DNA from: an uncultured Candidatus Saccharibacteria bacterium
GTDB lineage: Bacteria; Patescibacteriota; Minisyncoccia; Phycocordibacterales; CALRHW01
DNA length: 64,000 bases
Reading direction: 5' to 3'
NCBI GenBank assembly: GCA_964390845.1
Contig: CAYMIL010000003.1
Coordinates: 4,425-68,424 of the forward strand
The notes beneath the pieces were generated by a model that saw nothing but the letters and a program-made list of their open reading frames with translations, did no database searches and was not told the origin of the DNA. The position numbers and the translations under genes were made by a program. Of this stretch, positions 1 to 9,013 are shown piece after piece (the stretch's first letter is position 1; each line of letters opens with the position of its first letter).

Positions 1-1
1 T

Positions 2-1363
2 GTGTATCAGGAGGTTATCCGCAAAGAGCGCAATCTTGAATATAAAGGAAAGACAGTAGAGGTTGTGCCAGATGTTCCACTCGAAGCTATTCGTCGCATC
101 GAGCAGGCTGCAAAAAATGCCGACGCTGATGTTACGGTCATCGAAATTGGTGGCACAATTGGTGAGTATCAAAACGTGCTCTTTGTCGAAGCGGCTCGTA
201 TGATGAAGGCGCGAAACCCTCGCAGTGTTGCTGTCGTGATGGTGTCGTATCTGCCGATGCCGTCGATGATCGGCGAGATGAAGACAAAGCCCACGCAACA
301 CGCGGCACGCTCACTCAACAGTGTTGGTGTGCAGGCGGATATTATTATCGCCCGCAGTCATGTGCACCTCGACCAAAAACGAAAAGAAAAAATCGCAATT
401 TTCTGCAACATTCCCGCACAGCAGGTTATTTCAGCTCCCGATGTTGAAAGTATTTACGATGTGCCTATCAATTTTGAAAAAGACAAGCTCAGCTCGCGCC
501 TCTGCGACATCCTCGACCTCAAGCCGAAAAAACGCGTTGCCGATCTCGCGCCATGGAAACAATTGCTCAAGCGCGTGCGCAACGGTTCGACAGATGTTCG
601 CATCGCAATCGTTGGAAAATATTTTGATTCTGGCAATTTCTCTCTTTCCGACGCATATATTTCTGTTATTCATGCAATAAAATTTTCCGCATACAAACTC
701 GGCGTGAAGCCGGTGATTGAATACTTAAGTGCCCGCGATTTTGAAACAGGGAAGCGTGCACTTTCAGACCTCGATGCATATGATGGTATTTTGGTGCCCG
801 GTGGTTTTGGCTCCACAGGCATAGAGGGGAAGCTGAAGGTGATTGAATACGCGCGCACAAAGGGCATTCCATACTTCGGTATTTGCTACGGCATGCAACT
901 TGCTGTCATAGAGTACGCGCGCAATGTTGCAAAACTTTCTGGTGCACACACGACCGAAGTTAACCCAAAAACTCCTTATCCAGTGATATACATCATGCCT
1001 GAGCAGAAAGAGAACCTTGCTGAAAACCGCTATGGTGGCACAATGCGCCTCGGTGCATACCCTGCGGTTCTCAAGAAAGACACCATCGCGCGTGCGGCGT
1101 ATGGCAGTGAAAAAATCTCAGAGCGTCATCGACATCGCTATGAAGTAAATCCGGCATATGTTGAAAAACTAGAAAAAGCCGGCCTTGTCTTTTCAGGTGT
1201 ATCGCCGAGTCGTACGCTTATGGAAATTGCAGAGCTTCCACGCGAAGTGCATCCATTTTTTGTCGGCGCGCAGTTTCACCCAGAATTTCAGGCGCGACCA
1301 CTTGCTCCACACCCGCTTTTTACCGCGTTTGTAGAGGCTTCACTTAAGAGGAAGAGAAAATAA
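2..1363 (+). CDS. pyrG: CTP synthase, 5'-truncated at window edge (C-terminal synthetase part plus glutamine amidotransferase domain)
   Basis: GATase motifs GICYGMQ and HRHRYEVN; continuous frame from the window edge; stop at 1361-1363. Confidence 0.9.
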   Translation: MYQEVIRKERNLEYKGKTVEVVPDVPLEAIRRIEQAAKNADADVTVIEIGGTIGEYQNVLFVEAARMMKARNPRSVAVVMVSYLPMPSMIGEMKTKPTQHAARSLNSVGVQADIIIARSHVHLDQKRKEKIAIFCNIPAQQVISAPDVESIYDVPINFEKDKLSSRLCDILDLKPKKRVADLAPWKQLLKRVRNGSTDVRIAIVGKYFDSGNFSLSDAYISVIHAIKFSAYKLGVKPVIEYLSARDFETGKRALSDLDAYDGILVPGGFGSTGIEGKLKVIEYARTKGIPYFGICYGMQLAVIEYARNVAKLSGAHTTEVNPKTPYPVIYIMPEQKENLAENRYGGTMRLGAYPAVLKKDTIARAAYGSEKISERHRHRYEVNPAYVEKLEKAGLVFSGVSPSRTLMEIAELPREVHPFFVGAQFHPEFQARPLAPHPLFTAFVEASLKRKRK

Positions 1364-1378
1364 AGGCGTTTCAGTCTG

Positions 1379-2929
1379 TTAATACGCCTCAGGAGTCTTT
1401 TCTTTGAGGTATGAGATGAACTGATTTGAGAAGTTGAGCACGAGCTTAAACGGCGTTTCGATGATGAAGTCCATGATGAGGACAAAGACGTTGATCGATG
1501 CAAATGTCTGACTAAGCCAACGACCGGTGCGGATGATCGGCACGGTAAAGATACTTCCGATAAGTGAGAGTGCGCTGTCGCGTGTTGTGATCTTCCATCG
1601 TCGCGCATTGTATCGGATACGGAATGCGAAGTAGCTTACGAGGGCAAGGAAGAAGAGGAATATTGCGATACTGATTGCATTGAAATGGATTGCGTGGAGG
1701 CCCGCGACGATACCGCCAAAGACAACACCAAGAAGTGTGAAATATACAAGACTAAAGACGTAGGTGAGCGCTGTGTTGCCAGTGCGAATCTTTACACGTT
1801 CAACCTTTCCTTCATAAAACACTTCACGCATACCTCGTATAATAAGCTCGCTGTTTTTCTCTCCAAATGTTCCCACACCTCGTGTCGCGAGCAAGAGTAG
1901 GAGAGGGTGAAACACGATGTTGATACCAAGCGATAGGTAGCTGATGGCATTAAAGAAGATAAGCTCGTACGGCAACTCAATTCCGATTGCAAAGATTGCT
2001 TTGGTAAAGAAGAGGTAGAGCACTGCGCGGATACCGCTTGAGCGAATGCGCGCGTTTTCTTTTGCGTACTTCTCCTCAAGAAGGCCTTTTGTAAACGACT
2101 CAAGCTCTGCTTCGTTTTCGAGGATGTGCCCAGATTGTGTACCGTATTTGTGCACCAGCTCTCGGATAATCAGGAAATAGATTGTGTAATTGCGGAGGCG
2201 CTGAACAAGTTTCCATTGCACGGTGTTTTTTATCGCAGTATCGATAGCATCAACAATAGAAGACAAGCGTGCATCCACCTCCTGAATCTTTTCATCAGAG
2301 ATGTCTTTCCACTCAGGCACCATTTTAAGCCAGAGGGCATATGAGAGGGCTTCGTCGTCTGAGCGCAAAAGTGCTCGATGGCATGCGCAGTAGAGCATGA
2401 GATCTATTTCTCGCTCTGGTATGCCGGGGAGCACGATACTGCTTCGCATTGTTTCGTAAAACGCATCAACAAGGCTGTGATCGGCGGTGTGCTCAAGGGG
2501 GTGAATAGCGTGTTCGATTTCTGTCGCCGCAAAAGAGATAAGGCGTTTTCTGTCGCGACTCGAGATCTCGTTTGGCGCTTTTTCAAGACGAACAAATCGG
2601 GAGATGATTGCGTCGATAGCTCGCCCCATTTCCTCTGTAACAATTTCTTCGCCGATATACTGACCGCTTGCAAGCTCTTGCAGCAGAGAGATACCAGAGG
2701 CCTCACCACCTTCAATAACGGTTTTTCGTTTGATGATGCGCTCGAGTGCATTGCGACGCACCATGTGGTCTTCTTTGAAATCCACAAGATAGCGTACTTT
2801 CTCGTAATAGGTTGCCGCCTTGGCCACAAGGCGGTTTACATCAAAGACGGTCTTACCACTCTCGAGGGCGCCATTACCGCTAAACTCGGCCAGTTTTTGG
2901 CTGAATTTGCTCATTGGTTGAGTTAACAT
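1379..2929 (-). CDS. hypothetical membrane protein (about 300 aa soluble N-terminal region followed by multiple TM helices)
   Basis: 516-aa ORF; hydrophobic helices in the C-terminal half; no motif I recognise. Confidence 0.55.
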   Translation of the reverse strand: MLTQPMSKFSQKLAEFSGNGALESGKTVFDVNRLVAKAATYYEKVRYLVDFKEDHMVRRNALERIIKRKTVIEGGEASGISLLQELASGQYIGEEIVTEEMGRAIDAIISRFVRLEKAPNEISSRDRKRLISFAATEIEHAIHPLEHTADHSLVDAFYETMRSSIVLPGIPEREIDLMLYCACHRALLRSDDEALSYALWLKMVPEWKDISDEKIQEVDARLSSIVDAIDTAIKNTVQWKLVQRLRNYTIYFLIIRELVHKYGTQSGHILENEAELESFTKGLLEEKYAKENARIRSSGIRAVLYLFFTKAIFAIGIELPYELIFFNAISYLSLGINIVFHPLLLLLATRGVGTFGEKNSELIIRGMREVFYEGKVERVKIRTGNTALTYVFSLVYFTLLGVVFGGIVAGLHAIHFNAISIAIFLFFLALVSYFAFRIRYNARRWKITTRDSALSLIGSIFTVPIIRTGRWLSQTFASINVFVLIMDFIIETPFKLVLNFSNQFISYLKEKTPEAY

Positions 2930-2962
2930 AAGGGGTATTATACCAGAAAAAAGCCGCCTCCC

Positions 2963-3589
2963 TCAATAGTGTCGAGGGGGCGGCTGGTCGAACCATGCGA
3001 AGAGGAGCGCGACGGCTCCAACGGTGAAGATGGCGATTTCCGCCACAAACCACGTGCTGATCAGGTACTTCCTGAGCCAGTTCTTGTCGCCGTGGCTCTT
3101 GATGCGCTCATGAAGCACTGCAGGCTCCCACGCAGTAACCCACGCCATCGGGTTTTTGTGGACATACGGCGTGTTGTATGTGTCCACAAAGAACTTGTAT
3201 GCCTTGTTGGAAAATGGCCAGAGCCATTTCACACCCCACCCAACACCAAACGAGTCGTTGACGAAGTGGGTACTGGTGCAGGCACATGCAAGCAGGGCGC
3301 TGATGATCCCTGTCCGCACCGAGCCGTCGACAACTCCGCCAAGTGCCCCCGCAACGAGCGCGAGCGCCGGCAGGAAGACGAGGGGGTAGTGGAAGAGGTC
3401 CCGGTGGTTGTGCGGGTTGTCCTTGTGGGCCGTGATGCCACCCAAGAACAGTGCGTCGAAGTCTGGAAGCACGGAGCACATGAGTGCAAGCGCGAGGAGT
3501 CCCCAGTGCGTGTGAAGGGGCACATCGAATGCGTTGCACATCACCGAGGTCCAGAGCATGGCAAAACCTAGGTCTGAAATGAACAACAT
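2963..3589 (-). CDS. membrane-bound metal-dependent hydrolase, YdjM/DUF457-like
   Basis: LPDFD and HNHRDLFHYP motifs resemble the E. coli YdjM LPDIDHP/HRGFTHS motifs; AGGAGG SD 6 nt before the internal ATG (M73 of the track ORF); the upstream part of the track ORF overlaps tRNA-Gln; GC-rich. Confidence 0.6.
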   Translation of the reverse strand: MLFISDLGFAMLWTSVMCNAFDVPLHTHWGLLALALMCSVLPDFDALFLGGITAHKDNPHNHRDLFHYPLVFLPALALVAGALGGVVDGSVRTGIISALLACACTSTHFVNDSFGVGWGVKWLWPFSNKAYKFFVDTYNTPYVHKNPMAWVTAWEPAVLHERIKSHGDKNWLRKYLISTWFVAEIAIFTVGAVALLFAWFDQPPPRHY

Positions 3590-3715
3590 GACGCGCCTCC
3601 TTTCTCTATGGGTAATGGGCGTCTTGGAGGATAAAATATCTAAAAAAAGATTGGTTGTCAAGGAGGTATTGAATAATTGGACTTTTTGAAGTATCGTAAA
3701 GAACGTTTGAAGTAT

Positions 3716-3789
3716 TGCCGATTCGTCTAATGGTAGGACGACCGCCTCTGGAGCGGTTAATTGGGGTTCGAGTCCCTGATCGGCAGCCA
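3716..3789 (+). tRNA. tRNA-Gln (anticodon CTG), CCA encoded
   Basis: Cloverleaf built by hand: acceptor TGCCGAT/ATCGGCA, D stem GTCT/GGAC, anticodon stem ACCGC/GCGGT with loop CUCUGGA, T stem plus TTCGAGT loop, discriminator G followed by CCA. Confidence 0.8.
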
Positions 3790-3840
3790 AGTCATGCGGG
3801 GTCATCGCGCTCGAGGTGCGTGAGAATGTATAATTGTTAT

Positions 3841-4152
3841 ATGGAACTACTCTGGGATATTTATGAAATACAAAGTGATGCCGACAAATTGCACGGAGTA
3901 ATGCTTCGCGGACGTATCCGTAAATTCACTATCGAGAATGACATTGTCTGTCTTGCAGAAAATGCTTCTGATAAAGAGAATGCGGTTCGCTTTGCTTTGT
4001 TGGCAAACACGGATCCAGCCAAGGTTGCGGGCATCATCCAGCAACTTATTCCTGGCTCGTCTGTATCGAAAGTGTTGGAGTCAGTAAAGAATCCGGTACT
4101 CTCAAAATTGAAAGTAAACGACCTTTCTCGCTACCCTCTTGAGAATTCTTAG
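3841..4152 (+). CDS. hypothetical protein (about 100 aa, possible small alpha/beta domain)
   Basis: The track ORF 3715..4152 overlaps the tRNA at its 5' end; an internal ATG at 3841 is preceded by a TATAAT-like box at 3827-3832; no recognisable motif. Confidence 0.35.
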   Translation: MELLWDIYEIQSDADKLHGVMLRGRIRKFTIENDIVCLAENASDKENAVRFALLANTDPAKVAGIIQQLIPGSSVSKVLESVKNPVLSKLKVNDLSRYPLENS

Positions 4153-4390
4153 GTGCACGAGACGCGTTGTTTCGAACTAGGTCAAACACACCAAATGGAC
4201 TAAGCGGGGCTTGGTCGACCACGGTTCTAACACGAGACGGCCAGCTAATTTGAGATAGGCTATCGCACTCGAGATATGTCGACAGTCTTTCAGAAATCTA
4301 TAAGGTTAAGTTTCTAAAAATAGTGGAATTAGTTACATCAATCACTGTTTAGACTTAGTGGGGTCGCTGAAAGGGGTATATAATGACTGT

Positions 4391-4780
4391 ATGAAAGAGC
4401 AGGAAGATGCAATTAGAGAATATCTGACTGAGCGGGGGTGGGACCAGCTTCGTCCAGGTGATTTAGCAAAATCAATTTCAATAGAAGCAGCAGAACTTCT
4501 CGAACTTTTCCAATGGAATAATCAGAGTCTGGCTGAAGTAAAATCTGATAAAGAGAAAGTGGAGGCGATAAAGAAAGAGCTTGCAGATGTTCTAATCTAT
4601 TGCCTAGATTTGAGTGTTTTGCTTGAGCTAGACACCGCTGATATTGTTAGACAGAAACTAGAGAAAGTTAAATTGAAATATCCAGCACATCTTTTTAAGG
4701 ACAAAAACAAAGCGAAAGATGCAGAAAACGAGGGTATTTATTGGAAAATCAAAAAAGAGCATCGGATGAAGGGCGAATAA
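4391..4780 (+). CDS. MazG-like nucleotide pyrophosphohydrolase (all-alpha NTP-PPase)
   Basis: EAAELLE...W...KEELADVLIYCLDL signature of the MazG/dCTPase family; TATAAT at 4375-4380 immediately upstream of the ATG at 4391 (a GTG at 4358 is an alternative start); AT-rich gene. Confidence 0.7.
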   Translation: MKEQEDAIREYLTERGWDQLRPGDLAKSISIEAAELLELFQWNNQSLAEVKSDKEKVEAIKKELADVLIYCLDLSVLLELDTADIVRQKLEKVKLKYPAHLFKDKNKAKDAENEGIYWKIKKEHRMKGE

Positions 4781-4815
4781 AGTGGCTTAAGCTAGAAAAT
4801 CTTCTATAAAAAAAT

Positions 4816-4840
4816 CAGCGCACCCTTGCGGGGTGCGCTG
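4816..4840. terminator. bidirectional rho-independent terminator between convergent genes
   Basis: GCGCACCC-ttgc-GGGTGCGC hairpin flanked by an A7 run upstream and T-rich sequence on the opposite strand. Confidence 0.7.
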
Positions 4841-4869
4841 TGTGGCGACATTACGGTGGTTGCGCCACG

Positions 4870-5352
4870 TTACCACATCTTCGAAGAGCTGTGCGGACGA
4901 AGCAGGGCATTGAGCATCTTCACTGGCTCGATCCGCAGGTCCGCCCAATGAGCTTCCTTCCAGGAGATTCCGACCTTCACGAACTTCATTCGGGTGAGCC
5001 AAAGCCACCAGATGCGCGGGGTGTGGTACCACGTGGAAACTGCAATCGCCCGAGGGGTCTTGTAGTTGTTGTGGTACCGTGCCAGTGTGAGAAATGCATC
5101 CGTCTCACCGGCAGTGTTTCGTCCGATTGGCTCGAAAACGATGTCCACCTCCGGAACCTTCTGGTCGAGGAAGAATTGCTTCATTCCTTGACCCATGTAG
5201 ATCCCGCGCTTTTTGGCTGAAACCGTGATGAAGATCTTCTGAATCTTGCCCTTTCGGTAGAGCTCCAGAGCTTTTTCGCACCGTCCAGTCGTCTGACCAT
5301 CAATGCGTCCGTTGCACAGCTGTCCGTATCCGTAGACAAGGCCAAAGACCAT
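4870..5352 (-). CDS. YdcF/DUF218 (SanA/ElyC-like) family protein
   Basis: G..DG..T.RC..A..LY..G....I..SG pattern typical of DUF218; preceded by a TTGACA-17-ATAATA promoter and an AAGGAGG SD. Confidence 0.7.
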   Translation of the reverse strand: MVFGLVYGYGQLCNGRIDGQTTGRCEKALELYRKGKIQKIFITVSAKKRGIYMGQGMKQFFLDQKVPEVDIVFEPIGRNTAGETDAFLTLARYHNNYKTPRAIAVSTWYHTPRIWWLWLTRMKFVKVGISWKEAHWADLRIEPVKMLNALLRPHSSSKMW

Positions 5353-5371
5353 GAGTCCTCCTTCTGACGGC

Positions 5372-5400
5372 TATTATGCTATATTTTGGTGATATGTCAA
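5372..5400 (-). promoter_or_regulatory. sigma70-type promoter for the YdcF-like gene
   Basis: Minus-strand TTGACA, 17-nt spacer, ATAATA, then AAGGAGG-actc-ATG. Confidence 0.6.
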
Positions 5401-5408
5401 GGTATCTC

Positions 5409-5436
5409 TTGAATTAGTTTGTGGGACGGGTAGTAT
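5409..5436 (+). promoter_or_regulatory. sigma70-type promoter for the HTH-Nudix gene
   Basis: TTGAAT-16 nt-TAGTAT followed by an AGGAAGGA SD and the ATG at 5461. Confidence 0.5.
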
Positions 5437-5460
5437 GGGTAGGAAGGATATATTGCAGAC

Positions 5461-6177
5461 ATGCTTCACAACTTTTCACCAATTCAAAACCACATTCTCT
5501 CCAAACTTAAGAACGCACACGTTCTTCGGTATAGCGAACTGCATCCAGACAAGGTGCCCAATGATTTGTTCAACTACCATTTGCAGTATTTGGTGAAAAA
5601 AGATTTTGTGTTGAAGTCCGACGATGGCTATTCTTTGTCTGAAACAGGTATCAAACATGTTGCTGACCCGTATCCTACCAACGATGCTATTACGAGCTTG
5701 TTTAAGATAAATGTCATTACGATTGTATCGAGGGTTGTCGACGGGCGCATCGAGATTTTGAATCAGGTGAGAAAATCCAACCCATCGTATGGAAAGGTGG
5801 GTGTGATGGGTGGTGTGGTGCTCAAGGGTGAGCTCATTGAGCCCGCGGCGACACGAAAACTAAAACAAGAAACAGGTCTTGATGCGCAGTTTAGACTACT
5901 GGGTGCGGAGCGAAGAATTATGTATAAAGGTGGCGAGTTGTTTTCTGATGTGTTGTTTCCAATCGCATATGCAGATTCGTATAGCGGAGAGCTTATTGAA
6001 GACTCGGATTTTGGTCACAATATGTGGGTATCTATCGATGAGGCGCTTCGCAATGAATCATCCGAGTTTGATTCTATACACAGTATTACTACTGTGCTGA
6101 CAGCTATTAAAAACAAGGCGGTGGCAACACTCCCTGTGTTTTTCAAAGAAGAAATACAGAGCGATATAATTGAGTAA
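5461..6177 (+). CDS. winged-helix DNA-binding domain fused to a Nudix-fold domain with a degenerate Nudix box (putative regulator)
   Basis: N-terminal wHTH-like sequence ILSKLKNAHVLRYSEL...NYHLQYLVKKDFV; C-terminal GGVVLKGELIEPAATRKLKQETGL matches Gx5Ex7REUxEExGU with K/Q substitutions at the catalytic Glu positions. Confidence 0.6.
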   Translation: MLHNFSPIQNHILSKLKNAHVLRYSELHPDKVPNDLFNYHLQYLVKKDFVLKSDDGYSLSETGIKHVADPYPTNDAITSLFKINVITIVSRVVDGRIEILNQVRKSNPSYGKVGVMGGVVLKGELIEPAATRKLKQETGLDAQFRLLGAERRIMYKGGELFSDVLFPIAYADSYSGELIEDSDFGHNMWVSIDEALRNESSEFDSIHSITTVLTAIKNKAVATLPVFFKEEIQSDIIE

Positions 6178-6291
6178 TATCACCACGTAGTGGGATATGT
6201 ATCTACCGAGGACCTCCTCGCTTTTTTTGTATATACAGATGCGTAGACTAATGGATGGGATTATCAACGTAACCCTTACAAAGGAAAAGCA

Positions 6292-7122
6292 ATGAACACA
6301 CACATAAGCGAGCTTAAGACCACAGGATTCGTCATGCTGGATTATCCATCTGACCTCAGGTCTGCGGTGGAGAAGACCGTGGAGTTGTGGAAGCGTTTTT
6401 GTGCTTTGCCTGTTGAGGTGAAGAAGGGGCTTCCGTACAGCAACGGTGGCGATGGTGTCGGGTACGAACTCAAAGAAGGCATTGGCAACAAGGCCGATCG
6501 AAAGGAGAATTTCGACATCACGACGGAAGGCGAAGCGTGGTTTCTCAAGAACATCGACACAATCGAAAATCCAGTTGCGATTGAGTTTGTGAAGAGTGCC
6601 ACAGCTCTTGTTGCGGTGATGAAGCCAACAATTCTCGAGTTTGCGTCGCAGGCCGAAGCCGAGTTTGGACTCGAAGGTTTCGCGAAGGAGGTCGAGGAAA
6701 GTGAGGCTGGGTTCTTTACGAGATTTATCCACTACTTCGGTGACAGGGATGTTGGCGAAGAGACTGCGACGGCACACACGGATCAGAGCGGATTCACTCT
6801 GCATTTGTTTGAGAACGCAGAGGGTCTGCAGTGTCTGACGTATGACATGAAGTGGATAGATATGCCGGTGTCGAGCGGTAGGACGGTGATTATTCCGTCT
6901 ATGCAGATGCAACTGCGCTCACGTGGTGAGCTCACTGCGCTGTGCCACAGGGTCATCGCGACCGAACGCACTGCGCACGAGGGACGGTATTCCGCTGTCT
7001 GCTTTGTGCAGTTGAAGCGCACACCACGATACGACAAGGAAAAGGGGGGTCGACTTCAGGAAAAGGAGCCGGGCTTCAACTACGGCATGACACATGAGGA
7101 GTTCGCGACGTTGTTTAAGTAG
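6292..7122 (+). CDS. 2-oxoglutarate/Fe(II)-dependent oxygenase family protein
   Basis: HTD (HxD)...H(RV)...RYS facial-triad/2OG-binding pattern; AAGGAAA SD. Confidence 0.7.
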   Translation: MNTHISELKTTGFVMLDYPSDLRSAVEKTVELWKRFCALPVEVKKGLPYSNGGDGVGYELKEGIGNKADRKENFDITTEGEAWFLKNIDTIENPVAIEFVKSATALVAVMKPTILEFASQAEAEFGLEGFAKEVEESEAGFFTRFIHYFGDRDVGEETATAHTDQSGFTLHLFENAEGLQCLTYDMKWIDMPVSSGRTVIIPSMQMQLRSRGELTALCHRVIATERTAHEGRYSAVCFVQLKRTPRYDKEKGGRLQEKEPGFNYGMTHEEFATLFK

Positions 7123-7142
7123 AACTCATGTGTGCGTATACC

Positions 7143-7172
7143 AAGGGCGGCCGATTACTCGGCCGCCCTTTC
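7143..7172 (+). terminator. rho-independent terminator
   Basis: GGGCGGCCGA-ttact-CGGCCGCCC followed by TTTCTG. Confidence 0.6.
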
Positions 7173-7345
7173 TGCGTGTTTGAGAGTATTCACATTACAA
7201 ACTATTCACAACTCCGCGTGTGATTGGACCGAAGAAACCAATTGCTGGAGAAATGGTGCGCGCGCCGTATGAAATGATGCTCCATATGCAGAGATTGCAA
7301 TGAATAAGGCTATAACAATAGATGAATATAGTTTATGCATAGCGT

Positions 7346-8173
7346 TTAGTATAACACTGAGGTGTGTGCTGAAGTAAGCTCAACAACCACAATGCGTCCG
7401 TCTGATGTGTATTTTCCAACAGTAAACGCGCCCGCCTCGTATTCTTTGACGCGCTCGACACATCCTGCGCGCACGAGGTCTGCGACGAGGCGGGCGCGCT
7501 CAGAATCTATGTTTGTATCGACGCGGTGAGAAATTTGAAATGTGAGTTGTGTAAAACCGAAACCAATATCTTTTGTCGCAGAGCCAAGCCATAGCGTTGC
7601 AGGTTCTGTGGGTGTTGGCTGTGTGTTGCTCCAAAAACGCGGGTCTGCAGGGTCGGGAAGTGTGTGCGCATGAAGTCCCCAGAAACGCACATGATGACGT
7701 CGGCGCGGACTATTACCGATTGGCTTTTCAAAACCAACATCTGCGGGACGACCAAAAAGAAGGAGTGTGCTAAACGGCGCTCGTGGATAAGGACGATTGA
7801 ATAAAAAAGCGATTGTCATGCGCCAGCCTGTACGGAGGGTGAGTCTGTCGGCAAGAAACCACCCAGCACGAGCAAACGCTTCTTCGAGTGCTTTTCGAGA
7901 ACCAATAACAGCAATGTTGACGGGGTCGCCAGGGATGCCGTCTTTTGCTCGTGTAAAGCGGGGGATTCTTCCTTTTCTCACAATGAGAAGCCAGAGCTCG
8001 ATAATGCCGGGTAGTAGAATGTATGCGAGCGCGGCGTAGGAAGAAAATAATGCAAGAAATAAAAGGAGTTGGTGGTCAAAATGGTTTGATACCACGACCG
8101 CTGAAAACCACAACAGTGCGATAGCCACAGCAAACCCGCCTATTCGCTGAAGGATACGGGCAAGAATATTCAT
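7346..8173 (-). CDS. membrane protein, tentatively LssY C-terminal-like domain
   Basis: N-terminal TM helices, then a GDPVN...GW..AD region that I recall from LssY_C-type proteins; low certainty. Confidence 0.45.
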   Translation of the reverse strand: MNILARILQRIGGFAVAIALLWFSAVVVSNHFDHQLLLFLALFSSYAALAYILLPGIIELWLLIVRKGRIPRFTRAKDGIPGDPVNIAVIGSRKALEEAFARAGWFLADRLTLRTGWRMTIAFLFNRPYPRAPFSTLLLFGRPADVGFEKPIGNSPRRRHHVRFWGLHAHTLPDPADPRFWSNTQPTPTEPATLWLGSATKDIGFGFTQLTFQISHRVDTNIDSERARLVADLVRAGCVERVKEYEAGAFTVGKYTSDGRIVVVELTSAHTSVLY

Positions 8174-8267
8174 GTGTTAATGATAGCGCAGGGTTCTCGT
8201 CTTTTGTGTGGATAAGAACACCCCTCGCCGACAATGTCGACGAGGGGTGCGGTGCCTTGGGTCTGCT

Positions 8268-8927
8268 TCACGCGATGACTTCGTGCCACAGTTTGACGAT
8301 CTCGCCGACGACTTGGTCGACGCTCATCATGGTGGTATCGATGATGATTGCTCCCCGGGCGGTGGTGAGTGGGGCACACTCGCGCTTCTTGTCTCGCTCA
8401 TCCCGTTCGATGATGGCGGTGCGGATAGCGAAGAGTGATCCCTGATGTGTGCGCCGGGCGTCGCTCGCGATTCTCATGGCACGAGTGTCTTCGCTTGCGT
8501 CCATGTAGATCTTGAGCTTCGCTTCTGGGAAGACCACGCTCCCCATGTCGCGCCCTTCAGCAACGATGCCTTGGGTGCCGACCTGGCTCTGCAGGATGTG
8601 GTTGACGTCTCGGCGCACCGCGGGAATCTTGCCGATTTCCGAGGCACGCTTGCCCATCTCCTCACTCCAGAGCCTCTGTGGCGGCTCGCTTCCGCTGATG
8701 AGCAGTTGGTCGCCGTTGAAGCTGATGCGCGTCACGTCGAAGCGTGACTGGTCCTTGTTGTGTATGGACGCGCCCTGGTTTTGCAGATACGCCGCGGCGC
8801 GATAGACCACGCCGGAGTGCAGAACACGGAAGCCGAGCTTCTGTGCGACAAGTTTGCTCACGGTGCTCTTGCCAACACCGGCGGGACCATCGATCGTGAT
8901 CACGCGTTCCTTCGGTGTCAAATTCAT
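8268..8927 (-). CDS. cmk: cytidylate kinase
   Basis: ITIDGPAGVGKSTV P-loop and the LHSGVVYR motif; GC-rich compared with its neighbours. Confidence 0.9.
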   Translation of the reverse strand: MNLTPKERVITIDGPAGVGKSTVSKLVAQKLGFRVLHSGVVYRAAAYLQNQGASIHNKDQSRFDVTRISFNGDQLLISGSEPPQRLWSEEMGKRASEIGKIPAVRRDVNHILQSQVGTQGIVAEGRDMGSVVFPEAKLKIYMDASEDTRAMRIASDARRTHQGSLFAIRTAIIERDERDKKRECAPLTTARGAIIIDTTMMSVDQVVGEIVKLWHEVIA

Positions 8928-9013
8928 GAAGTGACTCCTGTTTTTGTGGTGCGATTCTACAATCTTTGTATATCAGAATGGATGAGGAGTCAAATGTATG
9001 TATAATATGTCTC

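Noticed and set aside
2969-3571. Plus-strand 200-aa ORF, and minus-strand ORFs 3108..3539 and 3229..3525, inside the DUF457 gene
   Set aside because: These are alternative-frame open stretches typical of GC-rich DNA. They give low-complexity R/P/G-rich translations with no SD. The minus-strand frame with TM helices and YdjM-like motifs is the real gene.
2963-3805. Full-length 280-aa minus-strand ORF (and the plus-strand ORF 3715..4152) running across the tRNA-Gln gene
   Set aside because: Their 5' parts overlap a well-formed tRNA-Gln. An internal ATG with an AGGAGG SD (minus strand) and an ATG after the tRNA (plus strand) give more plausible starts.
4153-4357. 205-nt gap between the small ORF after tRNA-Gln and the MazG-like gene, considered as a possible small ncRNA (tmRNA or 6S)
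   Set aside because: No tRNA-like 3' end, no conserved ncRNA motif and no terminator were recognisable. This is insufficient evidence.
6058-6912. 284-aa minus-strand ORF antisense to the HTH-Nudix and 2OG oxygenase genes
   Set aside because: It has no recognisable domain or RBS, whereas the plus-strand frames carry the Nudix and HxD...H motifs.
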